Source: Alkalilimnicola ehrlichii MLHE-1 (GTDB taxonomy: Bacteria > Pseudomonadota > Gammaproteobacteria > Nitrococcales > Halorhodospiraceae). From it: a DNA stretch of 32,000 bases. The position numbers and the translations under genes are program-made. Shown in pieces: positions 18,728 through 28,005 of the stretch (its first letter is position 1; each line of letters starts with the position of its first letter). The stretch spans positions 3,000,001 to 3,032,000 of the forward strand of contig NC_008340.1 of the NCBI RefSeq assembly GCF_000014785.1, given 5' to 3'. Under the pieces are notes generated by a model that saw only the letters and a program-made list of their open reading frames with translations, was not told where the DNA came from and ran no database searches.

Positions 18728-19339
18728 ATGAACCCTGCCGCCCGCCTGCTTGCCAATCACCCCTTCCTCGTTCTGGCCCTGGTCCTGGTCCTGATTGTCG
18801 CCGTCCCGCGACTGCTCCCGGAGGGGGTGGACGCCCGCGATGAGCACGGCCGTACCGCCCTGATGGTCGCGGCCATGGCGGGGGACGCGGAGGCGGTGGC
18901 CCGGCAGCTGCGCCGGGGCGCCGACCCGCGGGCGCGGGAGCCCTGCGGCTACACGCCGCTGATGCGGGGTGCGCAGTCGGGCAACACCGCTGTGGTGGGG
19001 CAGCTGCTGGAGGCGGGGGCCGGGATCAATGCCGCCGATGAGGCAGGCTTCACCCCGCTGATGGTGGCCGTGCGCCGGGGGCACCTGGCGGTGGTGGAGC
19101 AACTACTGGCGGCCGGCGCCGACCCGGCGGCGATCGAGACCTCCACCGGAGGCACCGCCCTGATCCATGCGGCCCAGACCGGGCATGAGGCCATTGCGGA
19201 GAGGTTGCTGGCGGCCGGCGCGGACCCGGATCACCGGGGGCAAACACCGCGGACACCGGCGGAGTGGGCCGATCACCACGGCCACCGGGGGTTGGCCGAA
19301 CGGCTGGCGCGCGCCGCCGGCGACGGCGAAACCGAGTAA
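18728..19339 (+). CDS. Membrane-anchored ankyrin-repeat protein
   Basis: N-terminal hydrophobic segment FLVLALVLVLIVAVPRLL, then ankyrin repeats (DEHGRTALMVAAMAGDAEAVARQLRRGADP, ...GFTPLMVAVRRGHLAVVEQLLAAGADP...). Confidence 0.85.
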   Translation: MNPAARLLANHPFLVLALVLVLIVAVPRLLPEGVDARDEHGRTALMVAAMAGDAEAVARQLRRGADPRAREPCGYTPLMRGAQSGNTAVVGQLLEAGAGINAADEAGFTPLMVAVRRGHLAVVEQLLAAGADPAAIETSTGGTALIHAAQTGHEAIAERLLAAGADPDHRGQTPRTPAEWADHHGHRGLAERLARAAGDGETE

Positions 19340-19404
19340 GCGCTTCGCAGCCGCGGCGGGCGGCCGTGATCGCCGAGCGGCGTGACGGCCACCCCGCCGG
19401 GCCG

Positions 19405-20712
19405 TCAGGTGCTGGAGCGCAGCGCCACCGGATCCTCCTCCCCGGTCTGACGCACGGCGATCTCGTCCTCGGGGCGCACCTCCCCCTCCAGGGTGCTCGG
19501 CACCGGCAGCTCCGGAAGGTCGTCGCTGCTCGTGCTCTCACTGACCATGCCCAGCGCCTTGCGATAGAGTTCACGGGCGTCGTCCGGTCGCTCCTGAAAC
19601 TCCAGCAGGGCACCCAGGGCCATGTACACCTCCGGGCGGGCCCGGCGGGCGAGTGCCTGCTCCAGGTACTCCCGGGCCAGATCCCAGTCGTGCAAGCGGA
19701 GCGCCACCCGGCCGGCGACGTAAAGCAACGCGGCGTTGTCCGGCTGCTGGCGCAGCCAGCGCTTGAGTTGCTGCAGTTGCCACTCGGGGTCGATCTGCTC
19801 GAGCGCACCGAAACGCATGATCAGACGTTCGTCCCAGGTCTCGTCGATGCGCCCCTTCAGGACCACGGCGGCGCGATCGATCTCGTCCAGCTCCAGCAGG
19901 GCCTCGGCGTGGGTCAGCACCAGGTCGTCGTCGTTGCGCTGGGCCCGCGGCAAGCGCGACCAAGCCGACTCCAGGTCACCCAGCCCGATCCGGGCCGCGC
20001 GCCGGATCTTGTCACGCGCCACATAGCGGGCGTACTCCTCCGCCTCCTCGGAGCCGATGATGCCCTGTTTGCGCAGCGGTTTGAGCAGCCGCCCGAGCCG
20101 CTCCCAGTCCTCCAGCGCCACACAGCAATCGCGCATCATCTCCAGGGTGCGGTGGTGGTTGGGGTTGCGCTCGTAGGCCGAGGTGAGGCTGGCCAGGGCC
20201 TGTTCCCACTGGCCGGACTCCATGTAGAGCTGGGCCTGCAGCAGATTCACTGCTGACCCCGAGCCCCGGGCCGTCTGCTCGGCCAAGGCCAGGTAGCTGT
20301 CCCGGGTCTCGGTGGCATGGCGGCGCTGGGCGCACAGGGCGGCCCCGAGGTAGTTGATGAGCGGGTAGTCGCTACGCTCGACGTGCTTGAGCAGCAGATC
20401 CTCCCCGCGCCGGTAGCGGCCCTCGGCGAGCGCCAGCAGCCCCTTGGCCATCTCCCCGCGGGCCTTCTCCTTGCGCCGCCGGGTGCTCCAATGGCTCAAC
20501 ACCTTGGGCAGGCCCACGGTGCGGTCCAGGAGCACCCAGAGCACCTGCAGGACCACCAGCACCACAGCCACGGCCAGCACTGCGAAGATAAGACTGGTCT
20601 CAATGCGCCAGCCCGCCACCGACAGCACCAAATAACCGGTGTGGGGCTGCAGCCAGGCGGCGGCGGCCACCGCGGCCAGGAGCACGACCAAGGCGATCAA
20701 CAAGGCTTTCAT
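19405..20712 (-). CDS. hemY: HemY-like TPR protein
   Basis: Two N-terminal TM segments, TPR-like repeats, location at the end of hemCDX. Confidence 0.88.
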   Translation of the reverse strand: MKALLIALVVLLAAVAAAAWLQPHTGYLVLSVAGWRIETSLIFAVLAVAVVLVVLQVLWVLLDRTVGLPKVLSHWSTRRRKEKARGEMAKGLLALAEGRYRRGEDLLLKHVERSDYPLINYLGAALCAQRRHATETRDSYLALAEQTARGSGSAVNLLQAQLYMESGQWEQALASLTSAYERNPNHHRTLEMMRDCCVALEDWERLGRLLKPLRKQGIIGSEEAEEYARYVARDKIRRAARIGLGDLESAWSRLPRAQRNDDDLVLTHAEALLELDEIDRAAVVLKGRIDETWDERLIMRFGALEQIDPEWQLQQLKRWLRQQPDNAALLYVAGRVALRLHDWDLAREYLEQALARRARPEVYMALGALLEFQERPDDARELYRKALGMVSESTSSDDLPELPVPSTLEGEVRPEDEIAVRQTGEEDPVALRSST

Positions 20713-20730
20713 GTCGCTCTCCTCCAGGCC

Positions 20731-21942
20731 TTACAGGAACGGCTTGACCGGTTCCAGGGTGGTGGCGATATCCGGCAGCTCCGGGTCGATGTCCTGACGG
20801 CGCAGGCGCGCCAGCGTGTCCGCCACCGCCTCCACATCCAGATCGCTGGTATCGAAGTGGGCCAGGACCCAGTCGTGGGCCCGCTGCAGGCTGTCCTCCC
20901 ACAGGTCCTGATCGCCCTGCAGTGCGGCCAGTCGGGCCGCCTCCAGGCGCAGCTTGAGGTTCTCGCGCAGGAAGTAGCGCTGATCCGGTGCCACCAGGGG
21001 CGGCGCGGCCTCCTCGCGCTGCACCACCACCAGCTCACCCAATCCAGCCTGGACCCGGCCGGTGGCGTCCTTCAGCCGCGCCAGCCAGACCGGGTCGCCC
21101 TCGTCCGCGGCCATGCGCGGCAGATCGATGCCGCCGGTGGCCCGCTCCGCCGGCATGGGCAGCCCATCCACCCGGCCTTCCAGGTCGGCCAGGGTGGCGG
21201 CCAGCCGGCCCACCTCGGGCGGGGCCCACTCCAGCACCTGGGTGACCGCCTCGTTGAGGGCAACGCGAGCCGGCACGCTCTCGCTGGCACCGATGTCGGC
21301 CATCAGCTTGTCTGCTGCCTGCAGGGCGCCAAGTGCGGTCTTGGGGTCGCGGTGGAAGCGCATCCGGTGGACGGCCACGGTGGCCAGGTAGGCCGCCTCG
21401 GAACGGATCCAGTTCTCCCGGTTGGCCTCGGCGCGCGCACCCAGTCGCTCCAGGCCCTCCTCGAAACCGCCCTGGCGGGCGCGCAACTCGTCCAGCTGTT
21501 CGCGCAGGGTCCCCAGGGCATCGCCGGCCTCGTCGGCCCGCTCACGGGCGGAGGCGGCGCGCTCGCCGGTATCGGTGACGCGATCCTCGAGCCGTGCCAG
21601 TTGCCGCTCGAGGGCGTCGCTGCGTTCATCCAGCCGGTCGGCACTGACCATACGCGCCTGCTCGGCGCGCAACTCGCGCATCTCGCCGGTCAGCCACCAG
21701 GTGGCCGCGGCACCCAGCACCAGGACCACGACCAGCAACGCCACGACCTGTTTCCAGGGCCCGCCCTGGCGATCCTTGTCGGTACCGTCGCCGTCCCCGC
21801 CGGCCGGCGGCGTACCGCCGCCCCCCTTGCCCGGCTCGGGCGCGGCCGCAGAGGCCGTCAGCTCCTGGCCCTGGGGGTCCTCGCCGCCGGTCTTCTCAGA
21901 CCGGGGCTTCTCCTCTTCCCGCTCGGGTTTATTTTCCTGCAT
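20731..21942 (-). CDS. hemX: HemX family protein (uroporphyrinogen-III C-methyltransferase-like)
   Basis: Cytoplasmic low-complexity N-terminus, one TM (VVALLVVVLVLGAAATWWL), coiled coil, RWLRSEAAYLATVAVHRMRFHRDPKTALGALQAAD-type region, genomic position. Confidence 0.87.
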   Translation of the reverse strand: MQENKPEREEEKPRSEKTGGEDPQGQELTASAAAPEPGKGGGGTPPAGGDGDGTDKDRQGGPWKQVVALLVVVLVLGAAATWWLTGEMRELRAEQARMVSADRLDERSDALERQLARLEDRVTDTGERAASARERADEAGDALGTLREQLDELRARQGGFEEGLERLGARAEANRENWIRSEAAYLATVAVHRMRFHRDPKTALGALQAADKLMADIGASESVPARVALNEAVTQVLEWAPPEVGRLAATLADLEGRVDGLPMPAERATGGIDLPRMAADEGDPVWLARLKDATGRVQAGLGELVVVQREEAAPPLVAPDQRYFLRENLKLRLEAARLAALQGDQDLWEDSLQRAHDWVLAHFDTSDLDVEAVADTLARLRRQDIDPELPDIATTLEPVKPFL

Positions 21943-21948
21943 GACCGA

Positions 21949-22734
21949 TCATCTCGTGTTGTGATGTTCTGATGCCTGATGGACCGCCTGTAACAGGTCC
22001 TCATCGGCCGGGGAGCGGGCCACCACTACGGGGCCGGTGTGGCCCGCCTGCTCCGCGTAGCGGGCGATACGCGGGCTGACTGTCACCAGCGCCCGTCGTT
22101 GAACTAATACTCTCCCGCTATCCCCCAGCATAAACCATAGATTATCCAAACCCCGCACACTGGTGATTATGACACTGTGCAAACGCCCGGCTTGCAACGC
22201 CTCAACCACCGGTTGCGCGTCCACCTGGGGCCGGACCGCCCGGTAGACGGCCAGGAACGCCACCTCGGCACCCTGCCCGCGCAGGTGCTCGGCGAGCCAG
22301 GCGCGACCGCTGTCGCCACGAACTATCATGACACGTTGCCCGCGCATGTCACCAAAGGCCGGCTCCCGCGCCAGGTCTTCGCTGGTGAAACCGGCCTGCG
22401 GTACGGCGGTGACGGACAGCCCGACCCGGTGCAGGGCCCGCTCAGTGCCCTTGCCCACGGCCGCGATCCGGGCATCCGGGCGCGGCCGGACGCCGTGCCG
22501 GGCCATGCAGGCCAGGCCGTGGTGCACGGCGTTGGGGCTGACGAAGATGAGCCAATCGGCCTCTCCAAGGGCCGCCACGGCGGCCGCGGGCAGTGCCGAT
22601 TCCGGCTGCGGCACGATCTCCAGGGTGGGCAGCGCCCAGACCCGCGCACCGGCCGCTTCCAGGGTCCGGCACAGGCCCGCCGCCTGGTGGGCCGGGCGGG
22701 TCACCAGCACACCGTAACCGGCCGGCAGCGCCAT
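21949..22734 (-). CDS. hemD: Uroporphyrinogen-III synthase
   Basis: GVLVTRPAHQAAGLCRTLEAAGARVWALPTLEI, DWLIFVSPNAV, VMIVRGDSGRAWLAEHLRGQGAEV. Directly downstream of hemC. Confidence 0.92.
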   Translation of the reverse strand: MALPAGYGVLVTRPAHQAAGLCRTLEAAGARVWALPTLEIVPQPESALPAAAVAALGEADWLIFVSPNAVHHGLACMARHGVRPRPDARIAAVGKGTERALHRVGLSVTAVPQAGFTSEDLAREPAFGDMRGQRVMIVRGDSGRAWLAEHLRGQGAEVAFLAVYRAVRPQVDAQPVVEALQAGRLHSVIITSVRGLDNLWFMLGDSGRVLVQRRALVTVSPRIARYAEQAGHTGPVVVARSPADEDLLQAVHQASEHHNTR

Positions 22735-22736
22735 GG

Positions 22737-23663
22737 TCAGTCGGCCAGGTCCGCGAGGATGCGCGCGGCCCCGCGCTCAAGCAGTTCGCCGCCCAGTCGA
22801 TCGCCCAGCTCGGCGGCCTGCGCGATGGGCCCGCGGACCTCACCACGCACGATCTCCTGGCCGTCCGGACTGCCCACCAGGCCGCGCAGCCAGATCTCCT
22901 CTCCCTGGTAACAAGCGTAGCCGGCGATGGGCACTTGGCAGCTGCCCTGAAGGCGGGCGTTCATGGCCCGTTCCGCCTTAAGCAGGGTGTGAGTGGGTCC
23001 GTGGTCCAGGGGGGCCACCAGCTCCTGCACCCGCCGGTCTTCGGCCAGGCATTCGATGCCCAGCGCGCCCTGTCCTACCGCGGGCAGGCTCTCCTCCGGG
23101 GGCAGGCGGCGGGCGATACGCTCATCGAAGCCAAGCCGGCTGAGCCCCGAAGCGGCAAGGATGATGGCGTCGAACTCGCCGGCATCCAGTTTCGCCAGCC
23201 GGGTGTTGACGTTGCCGCGCAGGGTGGAGACCCGCAGATCCGGCCGGCGCGCCTTGGCCTGGCACTGGCGCCGCAGGCTGGCAGTGCCCAGGTGCCCGCC
23301 CTCGGGCAGGTCGTCCAGGCGCCGGTAGTGGTTGGAGACAAAGGCATCGGTGGGTTCGTGGCGCTCCAGGATTACCGGCAGCGCAAAACCGTCGGGCATG
23401 CGCCAGGGGACATCCTTCATGCTGTGCACCGCGAGGTCGGCACGGCCTTCCTCCATCCCCTGCTCCAGCTCCTTGATGAACAGCCCCTTGCCGCCGATAC
23501 GTGAGAGGGCCTGGTCCAGAATTCGGTCCCCCCGGGTGACCATGGGCACCAGCTCCACCTCAAGCCCGGGGTGGTGGCGCCTGAGTTCCGCGGCCACGTG
23601 TTCGGCCTGCCACATGGCGAGCGGGGAGCGACGGGTGGCGATGCGCAGCTTGTCCTGAGGCAT
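22737..23663 (-). CDS. hemC: Porphobilinogen deaminase
   Basis: [75 protein letters not shown]. Confidence 0.97.
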   Translation of the reverse strand: MPQDKLRIATRRSPLAMWQAEHVAAELRRHHPGLEVELVPMVTRGDRILDQALSRIGGKGLFIKELEQGMEEGRADLAVHSMKDVPWRMPDGFALPVILERHEPTDAFVSNHYRRLDDLPEGGHLGTASLRRQCQAKARRPDLRVSTLRGNVNTRLAKLDAGEFDAIILAASGLSRLGFDERIARRLPPEESLPAVGQGALGIECLAEDRRVQELVAPLDHGPTHTLLKAERAMNARLQGSCQVPIAGYACYQGEEIWLRGLVGSPDGQEIVRGEVRGPIAQAAELGDRLGGELLERGAARILADLAD

Positions 23664-23771
23664 AGCGGGTGTTCCCTGTGAGTCCTGTGCGAATACTCAG
23701 CGGCCCGGGGGGCCGCGCCGGCGCTTAGCATGCCACGGAAAGAGCAGTGACCGAAGGGCCCAGGCCCTGGC

Positions 23772-24503
23772 TCAGCCCTGCGCCAGCCGCCGCAGGGCAT
23801 CGCGTACCGCCGGCAGGTGCCGGCGACTGACCGGGAGCCGCAGCCCGCCCTGCAGGACCACCTGGTGGCGACCCAGGGCATCCCGCTCCAGGGCCTGGAG
23901 CCGATCCAGGGCCACCAGGGCCGAGCGGTGGACCCGCAGGAAGCGATCGGCGAAGCGCTGCTCCAGCGCCTTGAGGGAATCCTCCAGCAGCAGCTCGCCG
24001 TCGTCGTGCCCGACCACCACGTATTTGTCCTCCGCGCGCAGGCTGTGGATGCGGTCCAGTGGCACCAGACGCTCCCCACGGGTGGTGCGGCAACGCAGCA
24101 TCCCGGGATCGGCGTGGGGCCGGCGCAGGCCCTGGAGCTGGGCGCGATTGACCTGCCCGGCACGGGCCAGCGCGGCGCGCAGCCGGTCCGGACGCACCGG
24201 CTTGAGCAGGTAGTCGCTGGCCTTCGCCTCGAAGGCCGCCAGGGCGTGCTCCGGGTGGGCGGTGATGAAGATAACCCCCGGGGGCCGTTCCCGCCGGGCG
24301 ATGCGTCGCGCCACCTCCAGGCCATCCATGCCGGGCATCTGAATATCCAGCAGTATTAGGTCCGGCTGGTGCTCGCGGGTCGCGGCCAGGGCCTGTTCGC
24401 CGGTCCCCGCCTCGGCCACCACCCGGTGGCCTTGCTCGGCGTCCACCATCTCCGCCAGCCGGCGACGGGCCCAGGGTTCGTCGTCCACCACCAATACGCG
24501 CAT
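23772..24503 (-). CDS. algR: LytTR-family response regulator (AlgR-like)
   Basis: Receiver domain (MRVLVVDDEPWARRRL, PDLILLDIQMPGMDGLEVARRI, KPVRPDRL) plus LytTR domain (HSLRAEDKYVVVGHDDGELLLEDSLKALEQRF, FLRVHRSALV). Confidence 0.85.
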   Translation of the reverse strand: MRVLVVDDEPWARRRLAEMVDAEQGHRVVAEAGTGEQALAATREHQPDLILLDIQMPGMDGLEVARRIARRERPPGVIFITAHPEHALAAFEAKASDYLLKPVRPDRLRAALARAGQVNRAQLQGLRRPHADPGMLRCRTTRGERLVPLDRIHSLRAEDKYVVVGHDDGELLLEDSLKALEQRFADRFLRVHRSALVALDRLQALERDALGRHQVVLQGGLRLPVSRRHLPAVRDALRRLAQG

Positions 24504-24506
24504 GCC

Positions 24507-25547
24507 CTATCCTGCCTCCTGCCAGGGCCAACGGAGCACTACGTGGAAACGGCCGGCACGCTCTGTCACCTCCAGATCGGCCGCGGCACCGAAGGCGTAG
24601 CGCATCCGGCGCCGCACGCTCTCCAGCCCGAGGCCGTGGCCGCCGCGAAGGGAGCCACCGGCCGGGACGGGGTTTTCCAGCTCCAGCACCAGGGTATCGC
24701 CCTCCCGTCGCCCCCTCAGCCGCAGCTCACCGCCTGCGGGCAGTTGCTCGATGCCATGCACCACGGCGTTCTCCGCCAGTGGCTGCAAGATCAGCGAGGG
24801 CACCCGGGCCTGGCCCGGCAACCCGTCCCAGTCGCAGTCCAACCGCAGCCGCTCCTGCAGCCGGAGCTGTTCCAGACGCAAGTAGCGCTCGGTCAGGGCC
24901 CGCTCCTCGTCCAGCGTGGACCAACCGCCGACCTCGCGCAGGCCGGCACGAAACAGATCGGCAAGATCCAGCAGCGCCTGCTCGGCGCGCTCCGGGGCCT
25001 GGCGGAGCATCGCGGCGATGGTGTTAAGGGTGTTGAACAGGAAGTGGGGGCGGATGCGCGACTGCAGGGCCTGCATGGAGGCCCGGGCCTCGGCCTGCAG
25101 CCCCCGGCGCCACTCCCCCTGCAGATAGAGGTAGCGGAGCACCAGGGCCGCAATAATGCCGCTGATGGCCACCGACCGCAGAACCAATGCCCAGCGCTCC
25201 GCGCCCAACACCCCCCCGGTACTGCGCCAGGCCAGCTCGGCGGTCACCGCAGCCACCGCGATGATACCCAGCCAGGCCAGCAGCCCCGCCGCCTCGGGAC
25301 TGACCCGGGACAGTGGCCGGCGGGACAGGCAGAGCAGCGCCGTGCTCAGCAGCACCACCCATTGGACATAGAGCGAGATCAGCCCCAGGGTCGCCCAGTC
25401 CCACTGCGTCGCGGGCCGCGCCAGAAAGAGCACAAAGGCCAATAGCTGGCCGGCCAGCACCACGGCCAACACCGTCTGCAGGTGGCAGAAGTCGGGCAGA
25501 ATCGCCGATCGCCTGACGGACGAACCCCCTCGTTCGAACACCGCCAT
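24507..25547 (-). CDS. algZ: LytS/AlgZ-type sensor histidine kinase
   Basis: TM segments, then [52 protein letters not shown]. Start reassigned to ATG 25547; the track extension to 25736 overlaps argH. Confidence 0.82.
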   Translation of the reverse strand: MAVFERGGSSVRRSAILPDFCHLQTVLAVVLAGQLLAFVLFLARPATQWDWATLGLISLYVQWVVLLSTALLCLSRRPLSRVSPEAAGLLAWLGIIAVAAVTAELAWRSTGGVLGAERWALVLRSVAISGIIAALVLRYLYLQGEWRRGLQAEARASMQALQSRIRPHFLFNTLNTIAAMLRQAPERAEQALLDLADLFRAGLREVGGWSTLDEERALTERYLRLEQLRLQERLRLDCDWDGLPGQARVPSLILQPLAENAVVHGIEQLPAGGELRLRGRREGDTLVLELENPVPAGGSLRGGHGLGLESVRRRMRYAFGAAADLEVTERAGRFHVVLRWPWQEAG

Positions 25548-25680
25548 CCCCCCTGGACTGTCAACAGGCCCCACCTTAGCGGGTACCGGGCCCGGCCGCC
25601 AATTCCGGCCCCCGACCGCGCCCGCCGGTGACGCTGGTATACTGGCCGGTCTCAACTCACGCCGAGACACAGGCAGCGCC

Positions 25681-27087
25681 ATGACCGATAAGAACACCAG
25701 CGAGCAACTCTGGACAGGCCGTTTCACCGAGGCCACCGATGCCTTCGTCGAGCAGTTCAGCGCCTCCGAGCACTTCGACCGCAGGCTCTACCGCCAGGAC
25801 ATCGCCGGCTCCATGGCCCATGCCCGTATGCTGGCCGAGGTGGGCGTACTCACCGCCGAGGAACGCGACCGCATCGTCGACGGGCTGACCCGGATCCGCG
25901 AGGAGATCGAGCACGGCCAGTTTCAGTGGTCCCCCAAGCTGGAAGACGTGCACATGAATATCGAGAAGCGGCTGACGGACCTGATCGGCGAAGCGGGCAA
26001 AAAGCTGCACACCGGGCGTTCGCGCAACGACCAGGTGGCCACCGATATCCGGCTGTGGCTGCGCGAGGCCATCGACGGCATCCTGGACGAGCTGCTGCGA
26101 CTGCAGGCCGGCCTGGTGGAGCTGGCGGAGCTGGAGGCGGACACCATCATGCCCGGTTTCACCCACATGCAGGTGGCGCAGCCGGTCACCTTCGGCCACC
26201 ACCTGCTGGCCTGGTACGAGATGCTGGTCCGGGACCAGGGCCGGCTGGAGGACTGTCGCAAGCGGCTCAACCAGATGCCGCTGGGCTGCGCGGCGCTGGC
26301 GGGCACCAGCTTCCCCATCGACCGCGAGCAGACCTGCAGCGAGCTGGGCTTCGACCGCCCTACCCGCAACTCCCTGGACTCGGTGAGCGACCGCGACTTC
26401 GCCATTGAATTCAACGCCGCCGCGGCGCTGGTGATGACCCACCTCTCGCGCATGGCCGAAGAGGTGATCCTGTGGGCCTCGCCCCACTTCGGCTTCATTG
26501 ACCTGCCGGACCGGTTCTGCACCGGCTCGTCCATCATGCCGCAGAAGAAGAACCCGGACGTGGCGGAGCTGGTGCGGGGCAAGACCGCGCGGGTGCACGG
26601 TAATCTCAATGCCCTGCTGGTGTTGATGAAGGGCCAGCCACTGGCCTACAACCGCGACAACCAGGAGGACAAGGAGCCGCTGTTCGACACCGCGGATACC
26701 CTCCGCGACGCGTTGACCGCCTTCGCCGACATGCTGCCGGCCATGGAGGTCCAGCGCGAGGCCTGTTACCGGGCCGCCCGGGCGGGCTTTGCCACCGCCA
26801 CCGACCTGGCCGACTACCTGGTGCGCAAGGGCGTGCCGTTCCGGGACGCCCACGAGATCGTCGGCCGGGCGGTGCGCTACGCCAGTGACGAGGGGCGCGA
26901 TCTGAGCGAGCTGGAACTGGATGAACTGCAACAGTTCTCGGGCACCATCAGCGAGGATGTCTTCGAGGTGCTCACCCTGGAGGGCTCAGTGGCCGCCCGC
27001 AACCACCTGGGCGGCACCGCCCCGGCACAGGTCCGGGCCCGGGTGGCCGAGGCGCGGGACCGGCTGCGGTTGCTGATGGGCAAGTGA
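25681..27087 (+). CDS. argH: Argininosuccinate lyase
   Basis: [42 protein letters not shown], signature [20 protein letters not shown]. Confidence 0.98.
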   Translation: MTDKNTSEQLWTGRFTEATDAFVEQFSASEHFDRRLYRQDIAGSMAHARMLAEVGVLTAEERDRIVDGLTRIREEIEHGQFQWSPKLEDVHMNIEKRLTDLIGEAGKKLHTGRSRNDQVATDIRLWLREAIDGILDELLRLQAGLVELAELEADTIMPGFTHMQVAQPVTFGHHLLAWYEMLVRDQGRLEDCRKRLNQMPLGCAALAGTSFPIDREQTCSELGFDRPTRNSLDSVSDRDFAIEFNAAAALVMTHLSRMAEEVILWASPHFGFIDLPDRFCTGSSIMPQKKNPDVAELVRGKTARVHGNLNALLVLMKGQPLAYNRDNQEDKEPLFDTADTLRDALTAFADMLPAMEVQREACYRAARAGFATATDLADYLVRKGVPFRDAHEIVGRAVRYASDEGRDLSELELDELQQFSGTISEDVFEVLTLEGSVAARNHLGGTAPAQVRARVAEARDRLRLLMGK

Positions 27088-27111
27088 GCGGCCCCAGCAC
27101 TGCTGGTCTGC

Positions 27112-27333
27112 TGAGTGGGCGGGTTGGCGGGTTCCGGGCGGGGGTGTTGCCGCTGGGGCGACTTATGCGCACCGAGCAACGCAGCAAAAGAGCGGAAACA
27201 AGGCGCGCCTGTCCGAGCGAAGCGAGTTCGCGCCGCCGCTCTTTTGCGAGTAGCGCAGGGGACCCCGAAGGGGTGCGCATTTGGAGCCCCAGCGGCAACA
27301 CCCCCGCCCGGAACCCGCCAACCCGCCCACTCA
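27112..27333 (+). repeat. Copy 2 of the unidentified ~220-bp structured palindromic element
   Basis: Outer arms 27112..27159 and 27286..27333 are 48/48 perfect inverted repeats. Nested stems: 27165..27173/27272..27280 (9 bp), 27184..27195/27236..27247 (12 bp), 27202..27207/27229..27234 (6 bp). Conserved loop CCTGTCCGAGCGAAGCGAGTT at 27208..27228. Confidence 0.93.
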
Positions 27334-27387
27334 CCACCGTTGCAAACAACCACCTAGCGGTATCGGCCTTCCCCTCTCCGGCTCGGC

Positions 27388-27831
27388 TCACTTGTTCTTT
27401 TTCAACCGGCGCTGCTCGTTGAGCAACTCCTCCAGCACCACCAGCAGGTCCACCGCGGAGAGCATGCCGTCCAGCCGCTCCTCTTTGTTCAGCACCGGCA
27501 CCGCACCGAAGCGGTTCTCGTGCATGATCCGGGCGGCCTTGTCCACGTGGTCGTAGGTGTGCACGGCGATCACGTCCGTGGTCATGACATCGCCCAGGGT
27601 CATGTGGTCGTCCAGATAGTAGACGTGGGCAATATCCGGCGCCTCGTCCACCCAGTCCGGGCGGCGCAGATTGCGATCGGTGACCAGGCCCAACAGGTTC
27701 ATCTCGTCGTCCACCACCGGCAGGTGGCGTATCCGGTTCTGCTTCATCCGGAAGAACGCCTCCCGCAGCCCCTCCTGCGGCTGGCCCGTGATCAACTTAC
27801 GGGTCATGACCTTGGTCACCTTCATATTCAT
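27388..27831 (-). CDS. Tandem CBS-domain protein (147 aa)
   Basis: MNMKVTKVMTRKLITGQPQEGLREAFFRMKQNRIRHLPVVDDEMNLLGLVTDRNLR...LGDVMTTDVIAVHTYDHVDKAARIMHENRFGAVPVLNKEERLDGMLSAVDLL. Internal ATG preceded by GGAG used as start. Confidence 0.88.
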   Translation of the reverse strand: MNMKVTKVMTRKLITGQPQEGLREAFFRMKQNRIRHLPVVDDEMNLLGLVTDRNLRRPDWVDEAPDIAHVYYLDDHMTLGDVMTTDVIAVHTYDHVDKAARIMHENRFGAVPVLNKEERLDGMLSAVDLLVVLEELLNEQRRLKKNK

Positions 27832-28005
27832 TTGCTCCTTATGACTAGGCTTATGGTGCGGACTCCATGGTGCCGCAAAGGCTGGCACTTTGCATGCACC
27901 CCGCCACAACCCTGACGACAGTAGGAGTCGTCCTGCGTTAAGATATAACTTTAGAATTAACTTAACCTCCCCCCACCCGACACCCGCAGGCCAATCTCTA
28001 ACCGA

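Noticed and set aside
17195-19102. 635-aa minus-strand ORF
   Set aside because: Antisense to aspS and the ankyrin gene, both clearly coding. The translation has no recognisable domains.
20317-21972. 551-aa plus-strand ORF
   Set aside because: Antisense shadow of hemX/hemY, with a low-complexity Q/H/G/L-rich translation.
19405-25547. algZ-algR-hemCDXY cluster as an unusual arrangement
   Set aside because: This order next to argH is familiar from pseudomonads and other gammaproteobacteria, so it is expected synteny rather than novelty.
24507-25736. Full 409-aa version of the sensor kinase
   Set aside because: The first 63 residues overlap the argH start region. The internal ATG at 25547 gives a normal 346-aa AlgZ-like protein and a proper divergent intergenic region.
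25657-26931. 424-aa minus-strand ORF opposite argH
   Set aside because: argH is unambiguous on the plus strand; this is a GC-driven shadow frame.
27112-27333. Interpretation of element copy 2 as a plain intrinsic terminator for argH
   Set aside because: No T-tract follows the stem, the length is ~220 bp with conserved internal loops, and a homologous copy lies between divergent genes. It may still affect termination incidentally.
27115-27422. Short ORFs across element copy 2
   Set aside because: Same reason as copy 1. Frames run through inverted arms and change from side to side.
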